A DNA stretch of 64,000 nt, taken from positions 434,001 through 498,000 of the forward strand of contig CATNEN010000010.1 of assembly GCA_950097015.1 (NCBI GenBank). The letters are read 5' to 3'. A program made the translations under genes and the position numbers. Positions 23,501 through 33,242 of the stretch are shown one piece after another. The DNA is from Macrostomum hystrix. Its lineage: Eukaryota > Animalia > Platyhelminthes. Below the pieces are notes generated by a model, which ran no database searches, was not told the DNA's origin, and saw only the letters and a program-made list of their open reading frames with translations. How positions within the stretch are numbered: position 1 is the stretch's first letter; each line of letters begins with the position of its first letter.

Positions 23501-26500
23501 ATGGCACTCGCAAGGACAGCGTGCCCAGCAGAATGGTCAGCACCTATGACTGGAAGCCGCCAACTGTGTCTCTCCCTGAGGCCTTGCCTTGGAGACCTTG
23601 GAGGCAAACCCACGCCCCACGCCCACCCTGCCAGTGGGAACAGAAGTGTTTGTTAAACCGCCGGCCGTCAGATGCACCGACGAGTGGCCTAGGGGACGCG
23701 TGACGGGCCAGGGACAAGGGTCTACGGTGGAGGTCGATGGCCTTCCCCGTCACGTAGCTGACGTCCGCCCGGCACCAGACACGCAACCGCAGCCTCCTGG
23801 GGTGGAGCGAGCTGTCGAGCGGGATGCCGAACCACGACGGTCTAATAGGGTGAAGTCGGCGCCGGTCCGTTACGAACCTTGATCTCTTGTGATCCGGAGA
23901 TCAGGGGGTGATGTGTTGTACTTTTATGTGTTGTACTTTCATTATATAGAAACTAGTATTTGACCGTTGCAGCTAAATATCCCATAGACAATTCGTTCTA
24001 CCTGTTTGTTTGCGAGGACCGCGTTAAGAGTGTTTGCGGCTCTAGCTTTCGTGCTAACCCCGGGCTTTGCTATCTACACAAATACATTAGACCACAATAG
24101 TCAGTGTACGCTTGAGTTCTCACCAGAACGAAGGCCAATTGTTCTTGAGTCAGTTCAGCCAGCTCTTTGCCGTCAACAGACAGCAGCCGGTCGCCACGAC
24201 GCAGTTTTCCATCGCTAGCACCTCGGCAAATAACATGAGTGACCTCTAGCTCACTGTTGAGTACCAGCCCCTGCGTTGGGAAAATGACGGAGAAATCAAA
24301 ATCGACGATTTCAGCTGCAATTTTGCTTCAATACTGCAAAATACTGCTGCAGCTGCATTACAAAGCATGGGGAACTGGGACAGCTGCAATTTTGCTTCAT
24401 TTAACACAGCTGCTACAGCTCTCATGTCCATGAGAAATCTCATGGCTATCTCAAGGAATCGCAGCAGGATAGTAGTTGGAATATCGTAGTAAGTCTGCAT
24501 CTGCTGCCCCACTTTCCCTGCATCTCCTGCCCCACCTTCCCTGCATCTCCTGCCCCACCTTCCCTGTATCTCCTGCCCCACCTTCCCTGCATCTCCTTCC
24601 CTACCCTCCCTGCATCTCCTGCCCCACCTTCCCTGCATCTCCTGCCCCACCTTCCCTGCACTGCTGCCCCACCTTCCCTGTATCTCCTGCCCCACCTTCC
24701 CTGCATCTTCTTCCCTACCCTCCCTGAATCTCCTGCCCCACCTTCCCAGCATCTCCTTCCCTACCCTCCCTGCATCTCCTGCCCCACCTTCCCTGCATCT
24801 GCTGCCCCACCTTCCCTGTATCTCCTGCCCCACCTTCCCAGCATCTCTTTCCCTACCCTCCCTGCATCTCCTGCCCCACCTTCCCTGCATCTCCTGCCCC
24901 ACCTTCCCTGCACTGCTGCCCCACCTTCCCTGTATCTCCTGCCCCACCTTCCCTGCATCTCCTTCCCTACCCTCCCTGAATCTGCTGCCCCCCTTCCCTG
25001 CATCTGCTGCCCCACCTTCCCTGCATCTCCTGCCCCACCTTCCCTGCATCTCCTGCCCCACCTTCCCTGCATCTGCTGCCCCACCTTCCCTGCATCTCCT
25101 GCCCCACCTTCCCAGCTCTCCTTCCCTACCCTCCCTGAATCTCCTGCCCCAACTTCCCTGCATCTCCTGCCCCACCTTCCCAGCTCTCCTTCCCTACCCT
25201 CCCTGAATCTCCTGCCCCAACTTCCCTGCATCTCCTGCCCCACCTTCCCTGCATCTCCTTCCCTACCTTCCCTGCATCTCCTACCCCACCTTCCCTGCAT
25301 CTGCTGCCCCACCTTCCCTGCATCTCCTGCCCCACCTTCCCTGATCTCCTTCCCTACCCTCCCTGCATCTGCTGCCCCCCTTCCCTGCATCTGCTGCCCC
25401 ACCTTCCCTGCATCTCCTGCCCCACCTTCCCTGCATCTCCTTCCCTACCCTCCCTGAATCTCCTGCCCCACCTTCCCAGCTCTCCTTCCCTACCCTCTCT
25501 GAATCTCCTGCCCCAACTTCCCTGCATCTCCTGCCCCACCTTCCCTGCATCTCCTTCCCTACCTTCCCTGCATCTCCTGCCCCACCTTCCCTGCATCTCC
25601 TGCCCCACCTTCCCAGCATCTCCTTCCCTACCCTCGCTGAATCTCCTGCACCAACTTCCTTGCATCTCCTTCCCTACCCTCCCTGAATCTCCTGCCCCAA
25701 CTTCCCTGCATCTCCTGCCCCACCTTCCCTGCATCTCCTTCCCTACCTTCCCTGCATCTCCTGCCCCACCTTCCCTGCATCTCCTGCCCCACCTTCCCAG
25801 CATCTCCTTCCCTACCCTCGCTGAATCTCCTGCACCAACTTCCTTGCATCTCCTTCCCTACCCTCCCTGAATCTGCTGCCCCCCTTCCCTGCATCTGCTG
25901 CCCCACCTTCCCTGCATCTCCTGCCCCACCTTCCCTGCATCTGCTGCCCCACCTTCCCTGCATCTCCTTCCCTACCCTCCCTGAATCTCCTGCCCCACCT
26001 TCCCTGCATCTCCTTCCCTACCCTTCCTGAATCTCCTGCCCCACCTTCCCAGCATCTCCTTCCCTACCCTCCCTGCATCTCCTGCCCCACCTTCCCTGCA
26101 TCTGCTGCCCCACCTTCCCTGTATCTCCTGCCCCACCTTCCCTGCATCTCCTTCCCTACCCTCCCTGAATCTCCTGCCCAACCTTCCCTGCATCTCCTTC
26201 CCTACCCTCCCTGAATCTCCTGCCCCAACTTCCCTGCATCTGCTGCCCCACCTTCCCTGCATCTCCTTCCCTACCCTCCCTGAATCTCCTGCCCCACCTT
26301 CCCTGCATCTGCTGCCCCACCTTCCCTGCATCTCCTTCCCTACCCTCCCTGAATCTCCTGCCCTACCGTCCCTGTTCTACCCTCCCTGCATCTGCACCCC
26401 AGTCCTCACCAGTGATCTGTTGTTTGTGTCCTTGTACACCCAGGACGTCCTCGACGCCCTGGATGTCTTCTTCTGCCAGGTCTGGGGCCTCATCAAGCGG

Positions 26501-26566
26501 GCCGTTGGGGTTGACCTCACCGTCATTTCCGCCAGTGACCTTGATGTACTCCAAATCCTGTTCCAT
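11593..26566 (-). CDS. MAGUK p55-subfamily paralog (PDZ-SH3-GK, no L27), diverged tandem duplicate of the MPP5-like gene; apparent +1 frameshift in exon 1
   Basis: Exons 26410-26566 (26526 if the downstream ATG is used), 24124-24270 (PDZ: GLVLNSELEV...LRRGDRLLSVDG), 19067-19356 (SH3: IRAPYEYNPHDDPLHPC...DWWQG), 16884-17376 (GK: RPLVLLGAPG...HTTRPPREGELDGVHYWF) and 11593-11781 (EPQWVPLKWL). All GT-AG; phases 0,0,2,0 match the upstream paralog. Confidence 0.8.
11800..12265. repeat. 16/17-bp minisatellite, left half of an array split by a gypsy element
   Basis: Units such as TGAGGCGGACAGGGAG and TGAGGCGAGCAGGGTG; the same family resumes at 16370. Confidence 0.95.
12283..16368 (-). mobile_element. 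Ty3/gypsy (Mag-like) LTR retrotransposon with one visible (3') LTR of about 214 bp at 12283-12496; 5' LTR absent
   Basis: Single gag-pol ORF; polypurine tract GGAGGGAGA at about 12499-12507 followed by TGTTGTGCAG; PBS-like TGGCGTCGCGG overlapping the ATG at 16368; host minisatellite abuts the PBS directly. Confidence 0.9.
12586..16368 (-). CDS. Gag-Pol polyprotein (gag with Zn knuckles, PR, RT, RNase H, IN), 1260 aa, uninterrupted
   Basis: CKYCGGSH...CSKCSKRNHFAAVC; VDTGAS; YPIP; YQDD; TDAS/EREALA/TDHQPL; HHCC; HMDW, VSDNGPEF, SNGAAERAVQ. Confidence 0.95.
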   Translation of the reverse strand: MASRLGDLFLGDADRALMWLKAFNALARAKKWTDSTESRQVADNFLASCGLPALEKLTHLVAPKEIDKLTFQEIETALVSYLQPQKRLIVAERTDFFSIRQKAAEPIADYLARLRKAATHCAFDSLKDCASPAEELVRLTLISGLYNPEHQRRILGAMQTKDQTISEIVDLIRSCEQINTFVQTCNSVPPVGPAGPLSPPAQHNAATDESVHYSKGGRPTSNGQRIEGCKYCGGSHHAGKCPAYGKTCSKCSKRNHFAAVCRSALTSKSVHHADVPSDASMTPEPSKILHLMDVDLVNAIEVASETLLVDGAKVPMQVDTGASVSVLSSTIWESLGRPPLQKSHRRLEAYDGHTLKTLGKLCSTVEMRGRLHPAEFVVVSSLKPFGLLGRDLLDSDSLFHTNSQAPSPTVAATTLPTIKGIKAQMELVEGARSQFCRARPVPIALEKQVNAELDRLQQLGIIEPVEGPVSNASPVVWIKKKDGTLRMCADYKVHVNDKIKPESYPIPSIEHLFGELKNAKKFAKIDLRSAYWQIELDESAQGISIINTSRGLYRVKRLQMGMKNASFIFQRTMESILSDLKGLLIYQDDIMVYAENVEALQKRLKAVKTRLAEKKVTVNEDKCTGICDSISFLGFEISAAGIRPDDKLVDKVRHISTPKTKKEIEQFLGLVNFFGRLIPDYSAKVAPLNELRKASTLFVWSEACARAFENLKKEISSRPIVQPYSLEKEVTLTTDASKGALAGVVTQEGRPVIFISRTLSKAETNYSNIEREALAIFWAVCRLKHYLQGRRFTVQTDHQPLLRLFGGSIPMSSSARISRWALYLMQFDFSVVYVPGSRIPHADALSRLPFDNDSQDPADAFEAINSVAFESPTINPRRIASELDSDPLLQRIIRRVRNGDWHNCTQAEAAFKRNAAALTIENGLLYMHRRAFIPPRLRKEAFDAIHDTHSGTSASYHLLELSCWWPGMQRDVERFVWQCAACSSLRPRLQKSRDAWPPADAPFQRIHMDWAFVPEVGNILIVVDSYSGWIEAFPSRDRTADRVICSLRTVFTRFGVPEVVVSDNGPEFTSDALLSWLHANGARKMETPPYSPQSNGAAERAVQTVKRALQAWTQRLTHSDFIAFLQKVLLHHRNSSGARSKTPAELVFGRRLRVPVVSAFQQGDQVVYKATDHTPSRGAEFLMTQGRNTSWLLTDDKLRLASNNQIAPMLSRTSEDDEDESLEPPADMPPNETPTPPAPVADQVPRRGDRNRRQPDRYTP
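16370..16850. repeat. 16/17-bp minisatellite, right half of the split array
   Basis: Same units as 11800-12265. Confidence 0.95.
17410..19025. repeat. Compound minisatellite: 25-bp unit (about 17410-18630) grading into a 33-bp derivative
   Basis: CTCAGTATTGTCCCAGTTCTCCATG, then CCCAGTTCCCCAGGGCTTGCAGCACAGTAGTGT. Confidence 0.95.
19385..19740. repeat. 20-bp tandem minisatellite, about 18 copies
   Basis: Unit ATGCTATGTACATTCAGGAT. Confidence 0.95.
19979..20689 (+). CDS. gag: Gag with two CCHC zinc knuckles, 236 aa
   Basis: ATG at 19979; CYSCGKEGHVSKEC and CFVCGKAGHVAARC; TGA at 20687-20689. Confidence 0.9.
   Translation: MASAVKFSDIIKQYDGEEDFSRWAQKLELVAKLQKVNDLAAFIPLFLSGGAFAVYQALNEESKSDYKTLKAALTSAFCPNKYKAYDEFVSRRLGPGESVDVFLADLTRLARLVDEIPGEEWIKCAFVRGLPATVSQQLIASCSLKELELHELAEKARNLTISRESCCVVSSAGNARSAGKFAPRNKVMSCYSCGKEGHVSKECMERNRANQGCFVCGKAGHVAARCPQRADFQKNE
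20680..23882 (+). CDS. pol: Pol (PR-RT-RH-IN) in the -1 frame relative to gag; integrase C-terminal tail frameshifted by a 5-bp duplication
   Basis: LVDTGCS, LDYRELN, YIDD, WCDAS, LTDS, HHCC, CDVT/LLDNSPTF/GNGIVERNH. The integrase tail (EVFVKPP...RYEP*) lies in frame 23589-23882. Confidence 0.9.
21130..21450 (+). repeat. In-frame 33-bp tandem array (ESPVSCPAGEV x about 10) in the PR-RT linker
   Basis: Unit GAGTCACCTGTGAGCTGTCCGGCAGGAGAGGTC. Confidence 0.97.
24500..26390. repeat. About 23-bp C-rich minisatellite filling intron 1 of the MAGUK paralog
   Basis: Units CCCCACCTTCCCTGCATCTCCTG and TTCCCTACCCTCCCTGAATCTCC, interleaved. Confidence 0.95.
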
Positions 26567-27254
26567 CGCAGCTGCTAAGCTGGCTGCGGTAGCCGCTAGA
26601 CCAATTCTGCTGTTCTGCTGTTGCTTTTTGGCGTAGCTTCGAAGCAGCTTTTCGCTTTTGTATTTCTGCTGATGAGCAAGTAAAGCAAAAACTGGGGCTG
26701 AGAAACAACAGCTATTAGTGCCGAGTATAAATGTGCAGAGAAGGGCAGAGCAGAGTCCGTTTTTCGCTATTTTTAGCTCGCGCCAAACTCTGCTAGCGCC
26801 AAATGCAAGACAGTCAGCAGCAGTGCTACCCACGCAAGTGTACAGTCCCCATACAAGCCATAGCCCTGGCACCGCAGAGACTTGTCTAGAATCAGGGACA
26901 CAGTTACAGCCTCAGGGATGCGCAGAAATTCACGCACCAGCTACTCACAGTAGTCTGACATCTGTTCAAGTTTGAGATGCTTAAGAGTGAAAAGATGTTC
27001 CATTTAATAATTGGGCTGGGCTGTGTGATGATAACAAGTCGATTGCGTCTGTTGCAGAGTTCAATATTCGCGGAAACTATGTTGCCCTTCGCGCTTACTA
27101 TCCAAGCACATTGTTCGAAGCTCTCACTTCGACCTAATGACATTATTCAACACTACACCACATAAATCACTGCATTCGACTGAGTCACACTGCGTTTGAG
27201 TCACTGCGGTTGAGCCACATCATGTGCATTACAGATCAAAATTGCGCACGACCA

Positions 27255-28165
27255 AATACACTCACACTACTGACACATACACACACTCACACACTCACAC
27301 ATACACACACTCACAGACTCACACATACACACACTCACACATACACACACTCACACATACACACACTCACACATACACACACTCACACTGACTCACACTC
27401 ACACACTCACAGACACGTACTCACACACACAGAGACACACAATCACACATACACACACTCACACATACACACACTCACACATACACACACACATACACAC
27501 ACTCACACATACACACACTCACACATACACACACTCACACATACACACACTCACACATACACACACTCACACATACACACACTCACACTGACTCACACTC
27601 ACACACTCACAGACACGTACTCACACACACAGAGACACACAATCACACATACACACACTCACACATACACACACTCACACATACACACACTCACACATAC
27701 ACACACTCACACATACACACACTCACACATACACACACTCACACATACACACACACATACACACACTCACACATACACACACTCACACATACACACACAC
27801 ATACACACACACACACATACACACACACATACACACATACACACACACACACATACACAGCAATACTCACACACACACACACTCACACACACACTCACAC
27901 ACACAGCAATACTCACACACACACACACACTCACACACACTCACACACACAGCAATACTCACACACACACACACACTCACACACACTCACACACACAGCA
28001 ATACTCACACACACACACACACAGCAATACTCACACACACACACACACTCACACACACTCACACACACAGCAATACTCACACACTCACACACACAGCAAT
28101 ACTCACACACACACACACTCACACACACAGCAATACTCACACACACACACACTCACACACACTCA
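27255..28165. repeat. Imperfect (CA)n-rich microsatellite with higher-order units
   Basis: Directly visible. Confidence 0.95.
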
Positions 28166-28919
28166 GTACTGATAGCAAATAACGAAGCGCAGGTTGAAGT
28201 CTGCACCGGTCAGGTGGTGAGGCAGCTGATTTCGGAAGTGAAAATTTGGCCCTCAGGCAAAGTTAGGAAGCAAAAGTGTCTCGGCAAAATGGTTCTGATT
28301 GGGCAGAGCCAAGCGGAGTAATTACAGGTCCGTCTATTTTCAAATAAGCAGTGAGAAAAACACTGGAATCCAAGATTCTCCATAATCACAACTGGAACTC
28401 TGCTAGCTCAGATTCTGAATGGTGAAAAATCATCAATTTGGGGTCATTTCGGTAAGCAGATGTGGAATAAGCACACATTGACTGACTATGAAGGCTAGAA
28501 AGCCAGGCCATTGGAATGGGCAGTTTACAGCATTACAGCAATACAGTAACTGGGATTACAGGGCATGCAATACTTATCGAAGTACAAAAAGTGAAAACTG
28601 ATTAATTTAGTCTCTGGTGACACAATTTGATCAGCAGTTTTGGCCAGCCAAAGACAGTGGAAGGGGCGGCAGCCCGCCAGCTGAGGGGCCTGGCAAGCGG
28701 GCGATGGGGCGCGTAATAGTACAGTTGCACTTTTATTTTGGACTCAGAAGATCAAGGATTTCAATCAACAATCCCGGTTTCTATTATCCAATCAGGGATT
28801 TCTATCCCTAATCCCGGGTTCCACCTGCAGATCCCAAATTGTGTACAAATGGTCTGCAGCGGCCCCAGTGCAATGGCAATGGTGCAGACAACAGGAGTGA
28901 ATTCGGTCGAGAGTTCCTC

Positions 28920-31900
28920 TTAAAAGGCGGTGTCCAAGTCCTCGGCCGGGTCAGCATCTGCCAGCAGCCAGGAGGCGGGCACCCACTGGGGCTCGCGCTC
29001 GAGCCGAGACACCTGGCCCAGCAGCTGGTTGTGCGCAGCCGCCAGGTCCGTGTGCACCAGAGCAAAGTCGAACAGGTGGCCGTGGGACTCCTCCATGCTG
29101 CGGCCCAGCTCCACAATGCCGCGCAGCTCCTCGTCCTGGGATGGGCGGGGAGGAGGAGGATGGTGTGACAGATTCCGAGTGACAGATACCAACGTATGAG
29201 GTAGATACTTGTAGAAGATCATGTGCCTGATACGAGAGAGAAGAACCTTTCTGCACCGATGGACAGGCAACCTAACAGGCAGCACCCACAGAGTGACAGG
29301 CAGCACCCACAGAGTGACAGGCAGCACCCACAGAGTGACAGGCAGCACCAACAGAGTGACAGGCAGCACCCACAGAGTGACAGGCAGCACCCACAGAGTG
29401 ACAGGCAGCACCCACAGAGTGACAGGCAGCACCCACAGAGTGACAGGCAGCACCCACAGAGTGACAGGCAGCACCTATAGAGAGAGTCAGGCAGCACATA
29501 AAGAGTGACATACAGCAACCATAGAGTGACAGGCAGTAAACATAGAGTGACAGACAGCAAACATAGAGAGAGACAGGCAGCACATAAAGAGTGACAGGCA
29601 GCAACCATAAAGTGACAGGCAGTAACCATAGAGTGATAGCAGCAGCTCACGGAGGGGTCGGGAGTGTGCTGCGAATTGCCGGCCAGTTTTCGCCGCAGCG
29701 CCCGCAGCCGGTCGGTGCTGGGCTGGCTGACAAACACGGCGTATGGCATGAGGCGGGCCGGGTGGTTTCGCAGGGCCTCAAGGTTCTCGGGCTGCAAGGT
29801 GAGGACGCAGACTTTGCCCTCGCCCACGACCTTCTGGATGCTCTCAACGCTGGTGCCGTACAGGTCGTTTTCAAACTGACCAGTTTCGATGAAAGCACCT
29901 TCGGAGCGCAACCGCTGGAACTCCTGCTTGCTGACGAACCAATAGTCCTTGCCGTCCGCCTCCTCCGGCTTGGCGGCTCGGGTCGTGTGCGGCACCGCCG
30001 AGGCGAAGCGGCTGGGGTCGGACTCGACCAGGCGGACTCGCAGCTCGTGACGACCGACCCCAGGCGGCCCAACCAGGACCAGCGGCCGGCGGCGCAGCGG
30101 CTGTGGCAACAGGCGGGCCTGGCGCTCGTAGAAGGGCCGCCGCTGCGGTGCCTCCACGCTGCGTACAGCAACATGTGATGTTAGAGTATATTTTAGATTA
30201 ATATAACGGTGTCACTAAGCGTGTCGAAAACCCATCAACTGAGAAGCTGAAATACCCCATCAAATGAGGAGCTGAAATATCCAATCAAATGAGAACCTGA
30301 AATATCCCATCAAATGAGAAGTCTTAAATCGGCACATACTGAGACGCCGGCCACAAACAAAGGTGTCGGAGTTTCCCAGAAAGCAATTCTGCCCCTTCTC
30401 ACGTGGCGGGCGAGTAGCCGGACAGTCCAGGGCAGCAGCCAGACGGCTCCTCGTCCTCCTGCGGCTGCAGGCAGATGCTGATGCACTCACGCTGTCGCTG
30501 GAACTCTGGTGAAGGGAAAATCCTTGCCAGGCCGTCCTCCTGACGGTGGCCCTCGCGCCAGCCCTGCCACCAGTTGGGGTCGTCCCGGCTGGCCACGTGG
30601 ATGATGTCGCCTAGGGTGAAGTCCAGGCCCAGGTCCTTGCAGGGGTTGTAGAAGTCCTCCAGAGGGTTGTAGGTGAACAGGGCGCGCAGGGTCAGGCCGT
30701 CAGGGCCAGAGGGCTGCGTGGGCGGCCGGTAGTCCGCAGCCGGCAGGACAAAGAAGGTCAGCTGGCCCGACATCCGTTGCTAGAGGAAAGCAATTTAGGC
30801 CGAATGGGGATTGTGACGCAGGGGATTCAGAACTGATAAAATATTCCCACGCCCCTCGCGGCTCACCAGGATCTCGTAGACCTCGTTGACATTCTTGCCG
30901 CGCAGCTCGATATCGTTGGCCGTCAGAAGCTCGTCGCCTTCACGCAGCAGCCCGGTCTGCTGGCAGATGCCGCCGCAGACGACACGGCTGACCACCACCG
31001 AGTCGCCTTCATTCTTGATTGTCGCACCCTGCGAAGGCCAGGTGAGCGTGGATGATTGCACTTGGGATAACTGCAATGCTCAAATCCTGAAGTGGTGCAT
31101 TGATAAGCATGAACTCACCAGCGGTCGGTTTCCGTCCTTGAACAGCACCACCCGTTTGAACTGAACACCGTCCTCAACAATCAGCTCCTCGAAGCATTGA
31201 AACTGCTGCTGCTGCTGCTGCTGCTGGTGTGGCGGCTGCTGTGCCTGGGAAGACGTCGGTGGAGGCGGTGGAGGTGCTGCATGGCGCGGCTTCTTTTGCT
31301 CCGTTGTCACCGGAGCTGCTGGCTTTGCTTGGGCTGCCGGAGCAGCGGGAGGCTGCAAGGCCGCCAGCGCGAGGTCGTGTGCCTGCAGCAGCGACCGCAG
31401 GTGCGGCCCGGCCAGCAGGCGGCGGAACTCGGCGGCCGATTGCGACATCTCTTTCCTCGAGTTGGACGACGTCGCGACGGTGGCGACCGCTGCATCGGCG
31501 GCTGCGGCCGCACCGATGGCGTCTCGACTAGCTGAGCGTCCTGCCACGACGCGGCCGGCAGCCGCCAGCGCCTGCAGGCGGAGGATGGCGTCAAACCGCG
31601 GCGACTCGGCGAGCGCGGCCAGACAGCCTTCACCCTCGTCGGCGTCAATGTCGATGCCTTCGTCTCGGATGAGTTGCAGGAGGTCGCGAACCTCGTCGCC
31701 GGTGGCCGGTGGCCGAGCAGCTGCAGCCGATGCGGCGACCGCCGCAGCTGTAGCGGCAGCTTCGCTGTGGTCGAAGCCGACATTCTCCTCGCCGATGACG
31801 GAGGCGGCAGCCGGAGCGGCGGCGCCCCGCTTCAGCCGGCGCAGCCGTTCTGACTCACGCAGTGACCTGCGCAGCATCTCCTCCTCATCGTAGCGCTGCT

Positions 31901-32006
31901 TCTTGGCCGCCTGGCTTCGCTGGATCTCCGCTACCAGTCCGCGGGTGTCCAGGGCGTTACCGTTGGTCGAGGCGCCGCCACCGCCGCTAATTATCTGCAT
32001 CTCCAT
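28920..32006 (-). CDS. MPP5: PALS1/MPP5/Stardust-like MAGUK (L27-L27-PDZ-SH3-GK)
   Basis: Exons 31119-32006 (first ATG; frame open to 32387), 30867-31028 (GATIKNEGDSVVVSRVV...LLREGDE), 30403-30779 (SH3), 29651-30158 (GK: RPLVLVGPPGVGRHELR...HTTR) and 28920-29135 (EPQWVPASWL). GT-AG with consistent phases; L27-like LLAGPHLRSLLQAHD. Closely parallels the recalled human MPP5 sequence. Confidence 0.88.
29270..29640. repeat. 21-bp minisatellite in the last MPP5 intron
   Basis: Unit GACAGGCAGCACCCACAGAGT. Confidence 0.93.
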
Positions 32007-32939
32007 GGCAACCGCTTGGCTTGACGGCGACGGAGACAGGCAGAGGAACGACTCTTGTGTGACGTCGCGGGGCACGCCCGGTGCCTTTTGGGCGGGTGGC
32101 TTCTGCTCTGGCTGGGGTGGCTGTGGCTGGCGGGCCAAGTCCAGCAGGGAGGTGAGGGTGGCGCGGCCGAGTCTCCTGACTAGGCTGCTAGCGCTGCCGG
32201 GGTCCACTGCCACATAGCAGGCGCGGGACACTCGCAGCCGGCTGGGCTCTAGCTGCCGCTTGCGGACGTCTAGCGAGAGGCCGCCGTGAGAGCGAACGGA
32301 CTGGGGATGGTTGGCGGGCGGGAAGGCTCCGGTCAGGAATGTTGGATCAGGGGTAGCAGAACTAAGCGGTAATGCTGCAGGTTCCAAGTGCAGTTTTGTT
32401 ACGTGGAAACAGGAAAAACGGAACTGGCTGGAAAGGGCAACAGCGAGCCAAGGCGACTTGGCGATAATTTATTTCCAAGGAAAAGGCTGTCTTAGCACTG
32501 CGAAGCACGAGCACCGAGCCTTAGGGGCCGAGATAGGCGTGAGGGGGGCAGCGCATGGGGCGGCGTGCGCAAAGAAAGCTCTCGAATTGCCCGCAGGTGG
32601 GCTGTGAAATTCGGAGTAGCAAAAGAGAGAAAAGTAGAAAGGAGAGAGGGAGAGCACCTACTGAGTGGTGGGTGAGGGGGTGTGCAGCCGCACAGACAGA
32701 GTGAAGACACAGCGTGCTGGCGCTGGTGGGGGTGGCTGCACTGCGGAGAAAGAGAGGCTCTGCGATTTACGTCAAGCCATGTGGCGCCTGGGCTTCGCAT
32801 TTCACTTGGACCGCGTGCTCGGCCAAGGGGGGCAGGAGAGAGACGGGGTGTAGCCGGCCGGCTTTGGAAGAGTTGGAAATGGCGAAAAGGGCGGGTCCGC
32901 ACCGCCTGTGCAGAGAGCACGAAGGGGTGAGTGAGATCG

Positions 32940-32995
32940 CACAGGCAAACAAGCTGGCCAATGAGCTGAGCATTTTGATTGGTCCGCCATGCTGC
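32940..32995 (-). promoter_or_regulatory. Possible promoter of the MPP5-like gene (paired CCAAT boxes)
   Basis: CCAAT at 32958-32962 and ATTGG at 32978-32982 at a GC-to-AT transition; donor-like GTAGGT near 32661 and acceptor-like sites downstream on the minus strand. Motif-level evidence only. Confidence 0.3.
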
Positions 32996-33242
32996 TCTAC
33001 TGCTTTTTACTATGCCACTCGCCTTGTGAGAATGATTTTATATTACACTCGGGTATTATAGTGCAAATTGTTTAACTTCTATTTAATGATATAAGATATA
33101 AAAAATTGTTACATTTTTGCTCTTGTGGTAAAGTCAAACAAATGCTGGGTAAAATGCGAAGCCATTCAATTAGCTTATTGTAGCTGTTTCATTTGAAGCT
33201 TTATGCAGTTATAAATATTGCTAATCTCTGTAGATGGATTAA

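Larger units (their letters stand above)
19769..24096 (+). mobile_element. Full-length young Ty3/gypsy LTR retrotransposon, antisense inside the PDZ-SH3 intron of the MAGUK paralog
   Basis: LTRs 19769-19955 (187 bp) and 23912-24096 (185 bp), TG...CA, identical by eye except a 2-bp AT indel; 5-bp TSD ATAGT at 19764-19768 and 24097-24101; PPT AGATCAGGGGGTGA before the 3' LTR; order gag, PR, RT, RH, IN. Confidence 0.97.

Noticed and set aside
24006-24218. Duplicated ORF start MFARTALRV... also at 19865
   Set aside because: It is a translation of the two LTRs from a non-ATG codon; gag starts at 19979.
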